From an uncultured Pseudomonadota bacterium (GTDB lineage Bacteria; Myxococcota_A; UBA796; SXON01), in assembly GCA_903885375.1 (NCBI GenBank), contig CAISIK010000054.1, positions 72,789 to 136,788 on the forward strand: a stretch of DNA of 64,000 bases, written 5' to 3'. Shown here piece after piece: positions 54,241 to 64,000 of the stretch (positions within the stretch are counted from its first letter, which is position 1; each line of letters begins with the position of its first letter). The notes under the pieces are model-generated. The model was given only the letters and a program-made list of their open reading frames with translations, did no database searches and was not told the origin of the DNA. Position numbers and translations under genes: made by a program.

Positions 54241-55458
54241 CTACTCCTGCGCGCCGGTGGAGCCGAGCAGGTGCCCGAGCTGGGTGCGGCGCGATTCGAG
54301 AAAGCGCCGCCTATCCGGATGGGGCGCGATGGCCAGCGGCACGCGCTCGTCCACCGTGAGCCCGAACCCCTCCAGCCCGACAATCTTGCGCGGGTTGTTG
54401 GTGAGAAGGCGGATGCGGCGAACGCCGAGGTCCACGAGCATCTGCGCGCCAGTACCGAGCTCGCGGAGGGCATCGGGAGCGCGGGGCGAGGCCACCTCGG
54501 GCGTGAGGTGTTCGCGCATACGCTCGAGCAGCGCGGCATCGCCGCCGCCGTCGAGGTGCAGGTAGAGCAGCACGCCCCGCCCTTCGGCGGCGATGGCGGC
54601 AAGGGCGGCATCGATCTGGGCCGCGCTGTCGCTGGTCAGGGCCTTGAATACGTCGGCCGGGCCGGCCGCCGTCTGCACGCGAGTGAGCACCGGCTCCGGC
54701 CCGCCGAGATCGCCTCGGATCAGGGCGAGGTGCAGCCCCCCGCCGGTGGCGCGGTACACGCGGGCACGGAACTCGCCGTGGTCGGGCGTGGCGATCACCG
54801 TGTCGATCTCGCACTTCACCAGCCGCTCGTGCGTGAGCCGCCAGCGAATGAGGTCGGCGACGGCCACGATGCGGATGTTGTGGGTCTCGCCGAAGCGCTT
54901 GAGCTCCGGCAGGCGCGCCATGGTGCCGTCGGCGTTCATGATCTCGCAGATCACGCCGCTCGGCGAGAGGCCGGCGAGCCGGGCGAGGTCGACGCTGCCC
55001 TCGGTCTGGCCGGTGCGCACGAGCACGCCGCCATCGCGGGCACGCAGCGGGAACACGTGGCCGGGAGTCACGAGGTCGTTGCCTCCCTTCGTGGGATCGA
55101 CGGCCACGAGGCAGGTACGGGCCCGGTCGGCCGCGGAGATGCCGGTGCTCACGCCCTCGCGGGCCTCGATCGACACCGTGAACGCGGTGGAGAACGGCGA
55201 GCGGTTGTTCGTGGCCATCATCGGCAGGCCGAGCGCTTCCACCCGCGCTTCGGTGAGCGTGATGCAGATGAGACCGCGCGCGTGCGTGGCCATGAAGTTG
55301 ATCGCCTCGGGGGTGACCAGCTCGCTGGCCAGCACGAGGTCGCCTTCGTTCTCGCGGTCCTCGTCGTCCACCAGGATGACCATCCGGCCCGCGCGGATGT
55401 CGGCGATCGCCAGCTCCACCCGCCGTTCGGGGCTCTCCGCCATCACTTCGAAGCTCAT
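54241..55458 (-). CDS. ribBA: 3,4-dihydroxy-2-butanone-4-phosphate synthase fused to a degenerate GTP cyclohydrolase II-like domain
   Basis: Track ORF trimmed to Met-27; its ATG overlaps the ribE stop. The DHBPS half is intact (DDEDRENEGDLV, HVFPLRARDGGVLVRTGQTEGSVDL). The C-terminal half aligns to RibA but lacks its Cys ligands. Confidence 0.85.
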   Translation of the reverse strand: MSFEVMAESPERRVELAIADIRAGRMVILVDDEDRENEGDLVLASELVTPEAINFMATHARGLICITLTEARVEALGLPMMATNNRSPFSTAFTVSIEAREGVSTGISAADRARTCLVAVDPTKGGNDLVTPGHVFPLRARDGGVLVRTGQTEGSVDLARLAGLSPSGVICEIMNADGTMARLPELKRFGETHNIRIVAVADLIRWRLTHERLVKCEIDTVIATPDHGEFRARVYRATGGGLHLALIRGDLGGPEPVLTRVQTAAGPADVFKALTSDSAAQIDAALAAIAAEGRGVLLYLHLDGGGDAALLERMREHLTPEVASPRAPDALRELGTGAQMLVDLGVRRIRLLTNNPRKIVGLEGFGLTVDERVPLAIAPHPDRRRFLESRRTQLGHLLGSTGAQE

Positions 55459-56114
55459 TTCGACTCCTTGAGAAATCCGTTCGCCTGCAAGACCGTGCGG
55501 AGGCGCGCGTCGGCTGCCTCCGGGGAGCCGAGCCACGGAGCCAGCATCTGGCGCACGTAGCGCGCGATGAGGTCCACCTCGACGTTCATCCGTTGCCCCA
55601 CCGCCACCGTGCCGAATTTCGTGAACGAAGCGGTGTGGGGAATGATGCCGACCTCAAGCCGGCTTCCTTCCGCCCGATTCACCGTGAGGCTCACGCCGTC
55701 GAGGGTCACGCTCCCCTTCTCCACGAAAAAGATGGCGAGAGGTTCGGGAACCTCAACCTCGATCTCCGTGAAACCGGTGCGACGATCCGCCCTCACGACA
55801 TGCACAATTCCATCTACGTGCCCTGTTACGAGATGCCCGCCGAGCCGATCTGTAGGGAGCAGGGCGCGTTCCAGGTGGACGCGACAACCCGGTGCGTATT
55901 CAGACAGTGTGGTTCGCTTTAGGGTCTCCTCCCCCGCGGTCACCTGGAACGCCCTGTGCTCGACCGCCTCCACCGTGAGGCACACCCCGTCGTGCGAAAT
56001 CGACTCCCCCAGCACCAGCTCCCCCAGCTCCGCCTCGACCCAAAGGGTGCGGCCGGTGCCGGCTGCCCGGACGGAGCGCACGGTGCCCAGGGTTTGAACG
56101 AGCCCGGTGAACAT
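55455..56114 (-). CDS. ribE: Riboflavin synthase alpha chain
   Basis: Track ORF trimmed to Met-16. MFTGLVQTLGTV, SHDGVCLTV, GGHLVTGHVDG and DGVSLTV (internal duplication). Confidence 0.9.
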   Translation of the reverse strand: MFTGLVQTLGTVRSVRAAGTGRTLWVEAELGELVLGESISHDGVCLTVEAVEHRAFQVTAGEETLKRTTLSEYAPGCRVHLERALLPTDRLGGHLVTGHVDGIVHVVRADRRTGFTEIEVEVPEPLAIFFVEKGSVTLDGVSLTVNRAEGSRLEVGIIPHTASFTKFGTVAVGQRMNVEVDLIARYVRQMLAPWLGSPEAADARLRTVLQANGFLKESK

Positions 56115-56200
56115 CGGCGGCGCATACCGCACTGGCGGGCGCCACGCGAGCATCTTCAACGCGCAACCCGCCAGACCGCGGAGCTGACTACCGCGGACCC

Positions 56201-57268
56201 TCAGCCGCGCTCGAGCGCCAGCCGCAGGTCGTCGCCCACACGCTCCACGAGGTCGATCTGGAAGGACGGCGCCTGCGCGAGCGCGTACCCGGGCCCCGCC
56301 ACGAAACCCGGCCCCCCCGCGAGAACGCGAGCGTTGACGAAGAGTTCGAGCCGGTCGGCCATCCCGGCGTCGAGGAAGCTGCGGTGCACGTGGGCCCCGC
56401 CATCCACGAGCACCCGATGGAGCCCCCGGGCGGTGAGATCACGGAGCACGGCGCGAACGTCCACGCCGGTGGGCCCGCGCGGCACCCGAATGATGGTGGC
56501 GCCCGGCAGCTGCACGGCAGGGGCCTCCGGCGCGCAGTAGACGAGCGCCGTACCCCGACGGAGCACCGTGGCCTCCGCCGGCGTGCGGAGGAGGCTGTCG
56601 AGGACGACGGGCACCGCATCGCGGCCGCCCGGGATGCGCGTGGTGAGCTCGGGATCATCGGCGATCACGGTGCCCACGCCCACGACGATGGCATCGTGCT
56701 GATCGCGGAGACGGTGGCTCAGCTCGCGCGCGGCCGGGCCGGTAATCCAGCGGGCCTCGCCCGTTGCGCTCGCGATGCGGCCGTCGAGCGTGATCCCGGC
56801 CTTGAGCGTGACCTCGGGGAGCCCTTCGGTCTGGGCGCGGATGAAGCCGAGCATCAGCCGCCGGCACTCCGCCTCGCGCACGCCCACCACGACGTCGAGG
56901 CCGGCCGCCCGAAGCTGCGCGATGCCCTTGCCCGCCACGAGCGGGAAGGGATCGACCGTGCCGACCACCACCCGCGAAATCCCCGCACGCAGCACCGCGT
57001 CGGTACAGGGAGCAGTGCGACCATGATGGCAGCAGGGCTCGAGCGTGACGTACATCGTGGCGCCCTGGAGCAGCACACCCGCTCGCTCGGCGGCCTGCAA
57101 GGCATGCGGCTCCGCGTGCGCCTGCCCGGGCGGTTGCGTCCACCCCTCGGCTACCACCACGCCATCCTGCACGATCACCGCGCCCACGGGCGGGTTCGGC
57201 GAGGTCCTGCCGAGCGCGCGGCGCGCGAGGTCCAACGCGAGCCCCATGAAGCGGGCGTCGTTCCTCAC
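56201..57268 (-). CDS. ribD: Bifunctional diaminohydroxyphosphoribosylaminopyrimidine deaminase / 5-amino-6-(5-phosphoribosylamino)uracil reductase
   Basis: CMP/dCMP deaminase zinc motifs HAEPHAL and TLEPCCHHGRTAPC. C-terminal RibD reductase domain. Confidence 0.9.
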   Translation of the reverse strand: MRNDARFMGLALDLARRALGRTSPNPPVGAVIVQDGVVVAEGWTQPPGQAHAEPHALQAAERAGVLLQGATMYVTLEPCCHHGRTAPCTDAVLRAGISRVVVGTVDPFPLVAGKGIAQLRAAGLDVVVGVREAECRRLMLGFIRAQTEGLPEVTLKAGITLDGRIASATGEARWITGPAARELSHRLRDQHDAIVVGVGTVIADDPELTTRIPGGRDAVPVVLDSLLRTPAEATVLRRGTALVYCAPEAPAVQLPGATIIRVPRGPTGVDVRAVLRDLTARGLHRVLVDGGAHVHRSFLDAGMADRLELFVNARVLAGGPGFVAGPGYALAQAPSFQIDLVERVGDDLRLALERG

Positions 57269-57720
57269 CCCTCCTTCCTCCGCTCGAGCAGCGGCTGGAG
57301 CACTTCGAGGAAGTCGTGCGGCGAGGTGATCTCGTGGTAGACCGAGGCGAATCGAAGGTATGCCACGTCGTCGAGCTTGCGGAGCTCCAGGAGGGCGAGG
57401 TCGCCGATCTCGCGGGTCTGCACGTCGGTGGAGCGGCGGGCCAGCTCACTCTCCACGCGCGCGCAGGCGGCATCGAGCTGCTCCTCCGACACCGGCCGCT
57501 TTCGGCAGGCGAGCCGCAGGCCGGCGAGCAGCTTGTCGCGATTGAAGTGCTGGCGCCGACCGTCGCGCTTCACCACGTCGGGGAGCTTGAACTCCACGCG
57601 CTCGAAGGTCGTGAACCGGAACTCGCACTTCTGGCATTCCCGGCGGCGCCGGATGCTGTCTACCGCCTCGCGGCTGTCGACGACGCGGGTGTCGCCGTGC
57701 TGGCAGCTCGGGCAGTCCAC
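57265..57720 (-). CDS. nrdR: Transcriptional repressor NrdR
   Basis: Zinc ribbon CPSC...CQKC followed by an ATP-cone (KRDGRRQHFNRDKL). Confidence 0.92.
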   Translation of the reverse strand: MDCPSCQHGDTRVVDSREAVDSIRRRRECQKCEFRFTTFERVEFKLPDVVKRDGRRQHFNRDKLLAGLRLACRKRPVSEEQLDAACARVESELARRSTDVQTREIGDLALLELRKLDDVAYLRFASVYHEITSPHDFLEVLQPLLERRKEG

Positions 57721-57723
57721 CGC

Positions 57724-58962
57724 CTAGCCGAGCCCGGGAACGGGGAAGCGCGCGCTCATCGCGTGCACCTCGGCGCGGATGGCGGCGAGACGCGCTTCGT
57801 CGGTGTGGTTCTCGAGCACGTCGGCCATCCAGCCCGCCACGATGCGCGCTTCGGCCACGCCGAGGCCGCGCGTAGTCATCGCCGGGGTGCCCACGCGGAT
57901 GCCGCTCGTCACGAAGGGGCTGCGCTGCTCGTTGGGCACGGTGTTCTTGTTCACGGTGATGCCGGCCTTGCCGAGCGCGATCTCGGCATCCTTGCCGCTG
58001 GTGCTGCGCGCCGAGAGGTCGAGCAGCAGCAGGTGGTTGTCGGTGCCGCCGGACACGAGGCCGAAGCCGCGCTCGGTGAGCACCGCCGCCATCGCCTGCG
58101 CGTTGTCGAGCACGGCCTGCGCGTACTGCCTGAACGAAGGCTGCAGCGCCTCCTGGAAGGCCACCGCCTTCGCCGCGATCACGTGCATGAGCGGGCCGCC
58201 CTGCGAGCCCGGGAAGACCGCGCTGTTCAGACCCTTCATCAGGCCCTCGCGCGCGAAAGCCACGCCGCCGCGCGGACCGCGGAGGGTCTTGTGCGTGGTG
58301 GTGGTCACGTAGTCGCAGTGCCCGAAGGGCGTGGGGTGGAGGCCGGCCGCCACGAGCCCGGCCACGTGGGCCATGTCGGCGAGGAGCAGGGCGCCCACCT
58401 CGTCGGCGATCGAGCGGAAGCCCGCAAAGTCCCAATGGCGCGGGTAGGCGCTCGCCCCCGTGACGATCATCTTCGGCTGCTCGCGCTTGGCGATGTCCCG
58501 CACCTGGTCGAGATCGATGCGCCCACGCTCGTCGACCTTGTAATGCACGGCCCGGTAGAGCTTGCCGGAGCTGTTCGCCGGCGAGCCGTGGGTGAGGTGG
58601 CCGCCGTTGCTCAGGTCGAGCCCGAGGAGCGTATCGCCGGCCTTCAGGGCGGCGAGGTACACCGCGGCGTTGGCCTGGGCGCCAGAGTGCGGCTGCACGT
58701 TCACGCCCTCACTCCCGGCGAAGAGCTGCATGGCGCGCGACCGGGCGAGGTCCTCGATCACGTCGACCACCTCGCAACCGCCGTAGTAGCGCTTGCCCGG
58801 CAGGCCCTCGGCGTACTTGTTGGTGAGCACGCTCCCGGCGGCCTCGAGGACGGCGGCCGACACGTAGTTCTCCGAGGCGATGAGCTCCAGGTCCTCCCGC
58901 TGGCGCTCGGCCTCCCGGGCGATGAGGGCGGCGACTTCGGGGTCTTGACGGGAGAGGATCAC
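57724..58962 (-). CDS. glyA: Serine hydroxymethyltransferase
   Basis: SENYVS, GGHLTHG and the PLP-lysine region [15 protein letters not shown]. Confidence 0.93.
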   Translation of the reverse strand: MILSRQDPEVAALIAREAERQREDLELIASENYVSAAVLEAAGSVLTNKYAEGLPGKRYYGGCEVVDVIEDLARSRAMQLFAGSEGVNVQPHSGAQANAAVYLAALKAGDTLLGLDLSNGGHLTHGSPANSSGKLYRAVHYKVDERGRIDLDQVRDIAKREQPKMIVTGASAYPRHWDFAGFRSIADEVGALLLADMAHVAGLVAAGLHPTPFGHCDYVTTTTHKTLRGPRGGVAFAREGLMKGLNSAVFPGSQGGPLMHVIAAKAVAFQEALQPSFRQYAQAVLDNAQAMAAVLTERGFGLVSGGTDNHLLLLDLSARSTSGKDAEIALGKAGITVNKNTVPNEQRSPFVTSGIRVGTPAMTTRGLGVAEARIVAGWMADVLENHTDEARLAAIRAEVHAMSARFPVPGLG

Positions 58963-59066
58963 GCGGGGCTCCAGCGGCGCCGTGGTGCCTAACCCGGACG
59001 AGGACTGTGATCACGAGGCGTGAGCGGCGGGCCACGCCGCCGCCTCCCGGCGGCCCGATGCCCCCG

Positions 59067-59504
59067 CTACCCGCCGATACGCGAGAGCTTCTGCACCCGT
59101 CCCGCGTGGCGGCCACCCTCGAACTTCGCGCCGAGAAAGGTGTCGAGGAGCTCGCCCGCCAACCCCGCGCCCACCACCCGCTCGCCGAGGCAGAGCACGT
59201 TGGCGTCGTTGTGCTCCCGGGTGGCGTGGGCCGTGAACGAGTCGCACACGACCGCGGCCCGGATGCCCGGCACCCGGTTCGCCGCCATGGCCATTCCCTG
59301 CCCGGTGCCGCAAACGAGCAGGCCGAACTGGGCCTCCCCCGCGGCCACGGACCGGGCCACGATCACGGCGTAGTCGGGGTAGTCACAGCTCGCGCTGGAG
59401 TCGGTGCCCGCATCGATCACCTCGTGCCCCTGCCCGCGCATCCGCTCGATGAGCACGCGCTTCAGCGACAGTCCCCCGTGGTCACTTCCGGCGATGATCT
59501 TCAT
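59067..59504 (-). CDS. rpiB: Ribose-5-phosphate isomerase B
   Basis: Trimmed to MKIIAGSDHGG. LVCGTGQGMAMAANR and HNDANVLCLGERV motifs. Confidence 0.9.
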   Translation of the reverse strand: MKIIAGSDHGGLSLKRVLIERMRGQGHEVIDAGTDSSASCDYPDYAVIVARSVAAGEAQFGLLVCGTGQGMAMAANRVPGIRAAVVCDSFTAHATREHNDANVLCLGERVVGAGLAGELLDTFLGAKFEGGRHAGRVQKLSRIGG

Positions 59505-59546
59505 GCTGCCCTCGCCCACCGAGCGTAGCCCGGCGGACCCGCGGCC

Positions 59547-60161
59547 TCACCTTCCCAACGCGCCCGCGGCCACCACCAGCCGGCAGGGGCCGCTTGCGCC
59601 GCCCTCGCAGTCCGCGCGCTCCTCGTCGAGCCAGAGCACGATGCGTTCACCCGTCAGCGCGTTCACCCCCTCCGAGAGCCGCGGCGTGCCCGTGAGCGTG
59701 ATGCGCCCGGTTCGGCCCACGAGCTCCGCCCGGTCGGCCAGGGCGTGGCGCTCGCCGCGGTCCACCGTCACGCTGCCCGTGGCCACGACGGTGTCGATCA
59801 CGTCGGCGGCGGCGTAGCGCACATCGAGCGACGCACAGCGGAGGGTGACCGGGCCGCGGGTGACCACGACGTTGCCCTCGAAGTGGGCCGAGTGGCCCTT
59901 CAAATCCCAGGAGGAGCGCTCGGCCACGATGTTGAGGGTGGGGCCCTCCGCCGGTTTCGAGGCCACGCGCGTGGCGCTCGCGGAGACCGCGCTGCCCGCC
60001 GCCACATCGGCCTCGGCGCCGGCGAGCTCCACCCGGTAGGTGGTGTCGTCGGCTTCAGCCTGAAGCACGACGCCCTCGGCGCGAGCGGCCGTCGCCAGCG
60101 GTTCGAACGACTCCGGCGCGCAGCCCGCCGCCCACCCCAGCAGGGCAGCGGCGAGCCCCAT
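59547..60161 (-). CDS. OstA/LptA-like domain lipoprotein (tentative)
   Basis: Lipobox LLGWAAGC. Repeating beta-jellyroll pattern HFEGNVVVTRGPVTLRCASLDVRY...ATGSVTVDRGERHALADRAELVGRTGRITLTG...LTGERIVLWL, as in LptA/LptC. The neighbourhood contains kdsB. Confidence 0.55.
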   Translation of the reverse strand: MGLAAALLGWAAGCAPESFEPLATAARAEGVVLQAEADDTTYRVELAGAEADVAAGSAVSASATRVASKPAEGPTLNIVAERSSWDLKGHSAHFEGNVVVTRGPVTLRCASLDVRYAAADVIDTVVATGSVTVDRGERHALADRAELVGRTGRITLTGTPRLSEGVNALTGERIVLWLDEERADCEGGASGPCRLVVAAGALGR

Positions 60162-62568
<2,407 letters not shown>

Positions 62569-62571
62569 CGC

Positions 62572-64000
62572 TCAGAGCGGGACGCAGGCATCGCCGCAAC
62601 CATCGGTCTCGCCGGAGGTGTTGCCGGACAGGTCGGTGCTGCCGCAGTAGTCGAACGTCACTTCCGAGCAGGTCATGCCGTAGGTGGCGTTGCCGACGAA
62701 CGCGTTGTCCTCCACCCAGGCGGTCAGCGAGCCGAGGCTCACACCGCTGGCATCGCCACCCGAAACGCTCGAGCTCTCGAGGAGCAAGGAGCCGTTCGTG
62801 ACCGACACGCCCGCGAGCGTGGCGCTCGACACCAGCACCTCCTCCAGCGAACCGGAGGAGTCGAGGGTGCCATACACGTACGTGGAGCTGGGCGTGGAGT
62901 AGTCGGTGTAGCCGTAGGAGCCGTCGGCGTAGAAGCCGTAGCTGGCCGCATCGAGCACGGAGAGCTCGGTGACGGCCCAGTCCGCGAAGCCGGTCATGTA
63001 CACGCCCGAGCCGCCGGCAACATCCACCTCGATGTCGGAGAGCAGGGCGTAGCCGGCATCGGCGGTGTTCGCGTCGAGGTGCACCGCCGTGTACGTGGTC
63101 GACCCGAAGTCGACGCCCTCGATCTCCACGGTGGGCGCATAGTGGCCCCAGTAGGCGTAAACGCCGTAGCCGCCCGCCGACTCGGCGGTGAGGTCCACGA
63201 TCTCCAGCTCGGCTTCGGAGCCCTCCACGACGCTGCCGTAGGCGTTGCCCACGGTGACGTTCTTCAGCGAGATGCCACTCGGGTAGCCGCTCTCGGTGAA
63301 GCTGTCGGGGATGCCGTCGCCATCGGTGTCGGTCCAGTAGCCGTAGTAGTAGCCGTACGCCTCGAAGACGGGATTGCCGTAGCTGTAGCTGTAGCTGTAC
63401 TGCAGCGTTTCCGTGCCGTCGGCGGCCACGTAGTAGGCGGAGTAGCCGTACTCGTACGCCCGCGTGTCGCCCACCCGGAAGTCCTCCACCTCGGCGTAGC
63501 CGTACGTGGAGTAGACCGCCTGGCCGCCGAAGTTGTCGGCCGAGTTGTCCTTGATCACCACGGGATCGCTCGGGTCGCCCTGGTAGACCTGGATGAGCGT
63601 GCCGTTGTAGTCCGTCCAGGAGTTGCCGCGGATGTCGCACCCGCTGGCCTCCACCGAGATGGACTGCCCGCCGCCCGAGAAGGTGTTGTTCGAGATGGCA
63701 CAGGCCGTGCCGTAGGTGGACGTGACGTCGCGGCCGGCGTTCGGGTACTCGTAGCGGTAGTAGGCGCCGGGGTTGCTGCTGTCGTCGTAGACGTCGACCT
63801 GCGTGACCTTGGTGTCGACGAAGCTGTTCTCCTCGAGGATGACCGCGCCCGAGTAGTTGAATACGGCGCCGTAGGACTCGCCGGAACCGAAGGTGTTCCC
63901 GCTGGCGGTGAGGGTGCTCTCGTAGGCGATGATGCCCGCGCACTTCACGCCGCCGATGCTGGACGCCGTCACGTCGAGGGTGCCGCGCACCATCGAGAGG
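62572..64000 (-). CDS. Right-handed parallel beta-helix repeat protein, Tyr/Gly/Ser-rich; N-terminus probably outside the window
   Basis: The frame stays open to the window edge, and there is no signal peptide at the first Met (63993). Repeated ...G..V.....L.....F.GN... PbH1-like turns. Low-complexity YSYSYSYGNPVFEAYGYYYGYW. Cys-rich end CGSTDLSGNTSGETDGCGDACVPL. Confidence 0.65.
   Translation of the reverse strand, partial: LSMVRGTLDVTASSIGGVKCAGIIAYESTLTASGNTFGSGESYGAVFNYSGAVILEENSFVDTKVTQVDVYDDSSNPGAYYRYEYPNAGRDVTSTYGTACAISNNTFSGGGQSISVEASGCDIRGNSWTDYNGTLIQVYQGDPSDPVVIKDNSADNFGGQAVYSTYGYAEVEDFRVGDTRAYEYGYSAYYVAADGTETLQYSYSYSYGNPVFEAYGYYYGYWTDTDGDGIPDSFTESGYPSGISLKNVTVGNAYGSVVEGSEAELEIVDLTAESAGGYGVYAYWGHYAPTVEIEGVDFGSTTYTAVHLDANTADAGYALLSDIEVDVAGGSGVYMTGFADWAVTELSVLDAASYGFYADGSYGYTDYSTPSSTYVYGTLDSSGSLEEVLVSSATLAGVSVTNGSLLLESSSVSGGDASGVSLGSLTAWVEDNAFVGNATYGMTCSEVTFDYCGSTDLSGNTSGETDGCGDACVPL

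Noticed and set aside
55459-56200. FMN (RFN) riboswitch expected somewhere in the rib operon.
   Set aside because: The only non-coding stretch is 86 nt (56115-56200), too short for the ~130+ nt RFN element, and I could not see its conserved core. Only two simple hairpins are present.
58963-59066. Possible terminator/attenuator hairpin (gccgcc-tccc-ggcggc at about 59039-59054) between rpiB and glyA.
   Set aside because: It has only a 6-bp stem and no U-tract, and such GC-rich short inverted repeats are common by chance here. It is not supportable as a feature.

Overview
This is a high-GC (roughly 70% by eye) chromosomal segment. It most plausibly comes from a myxobacterium; that is an inference from giant Cys/Asp-repeat plus FG-GAP lipoproteins, Glt/Agl-like genes and many lipobox proteins. 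I support about 60 protein genes and one tRNA-Phe. Most genes lie on the minus strand, and many neighbours have ATGA/GTGA start-stop overlaps. Housekeeping blocks are: plsC-like, bolA-grxD, murB, hppA, rimO-lolA-ftsK, dacB, sppA plus a sigma54 activator, fdx-iscA, nrdR-ribD-ribE-ribBA-ribH-nusB, glyA, rpiB, and pyrG-kdsB. There are four envelope or accessory blocks. (i) A pilB-type ATPase operon with no other pilus genes. (ii) A five-gene lipoprotein operon built around a 1548-aa repeat protein with a TlpA-like thioredoxin. (iii) An orphan exbB-exbD-exbD triplet. (iv) The standout: a ~14-kb, 12-gene minus-strand array (31984-45962). It combines a TolQ-TolR-TolR motor, a TonB-like FHA protein, four TPR or coiled-coil secreted proteins and a tiny secreted peptide. 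This is the Glt/Nfs/Agl-like parts list of Myxococcus, here in one locus. The array ends in a truncated Wza-type exporter plus a dedicated outer-membrane beta-barrel. I saw no CRISPR array, transposase, integrase or rRNA. Many long ORFs in the supplied track are antisense or alternate-frame artefacts of the high GC content. Several track ORFs carry spurious N-terminal extensions, which I trimmed by frame arithmetic. All homology statements come from motif and architecture recognition by eye; no searches were run.
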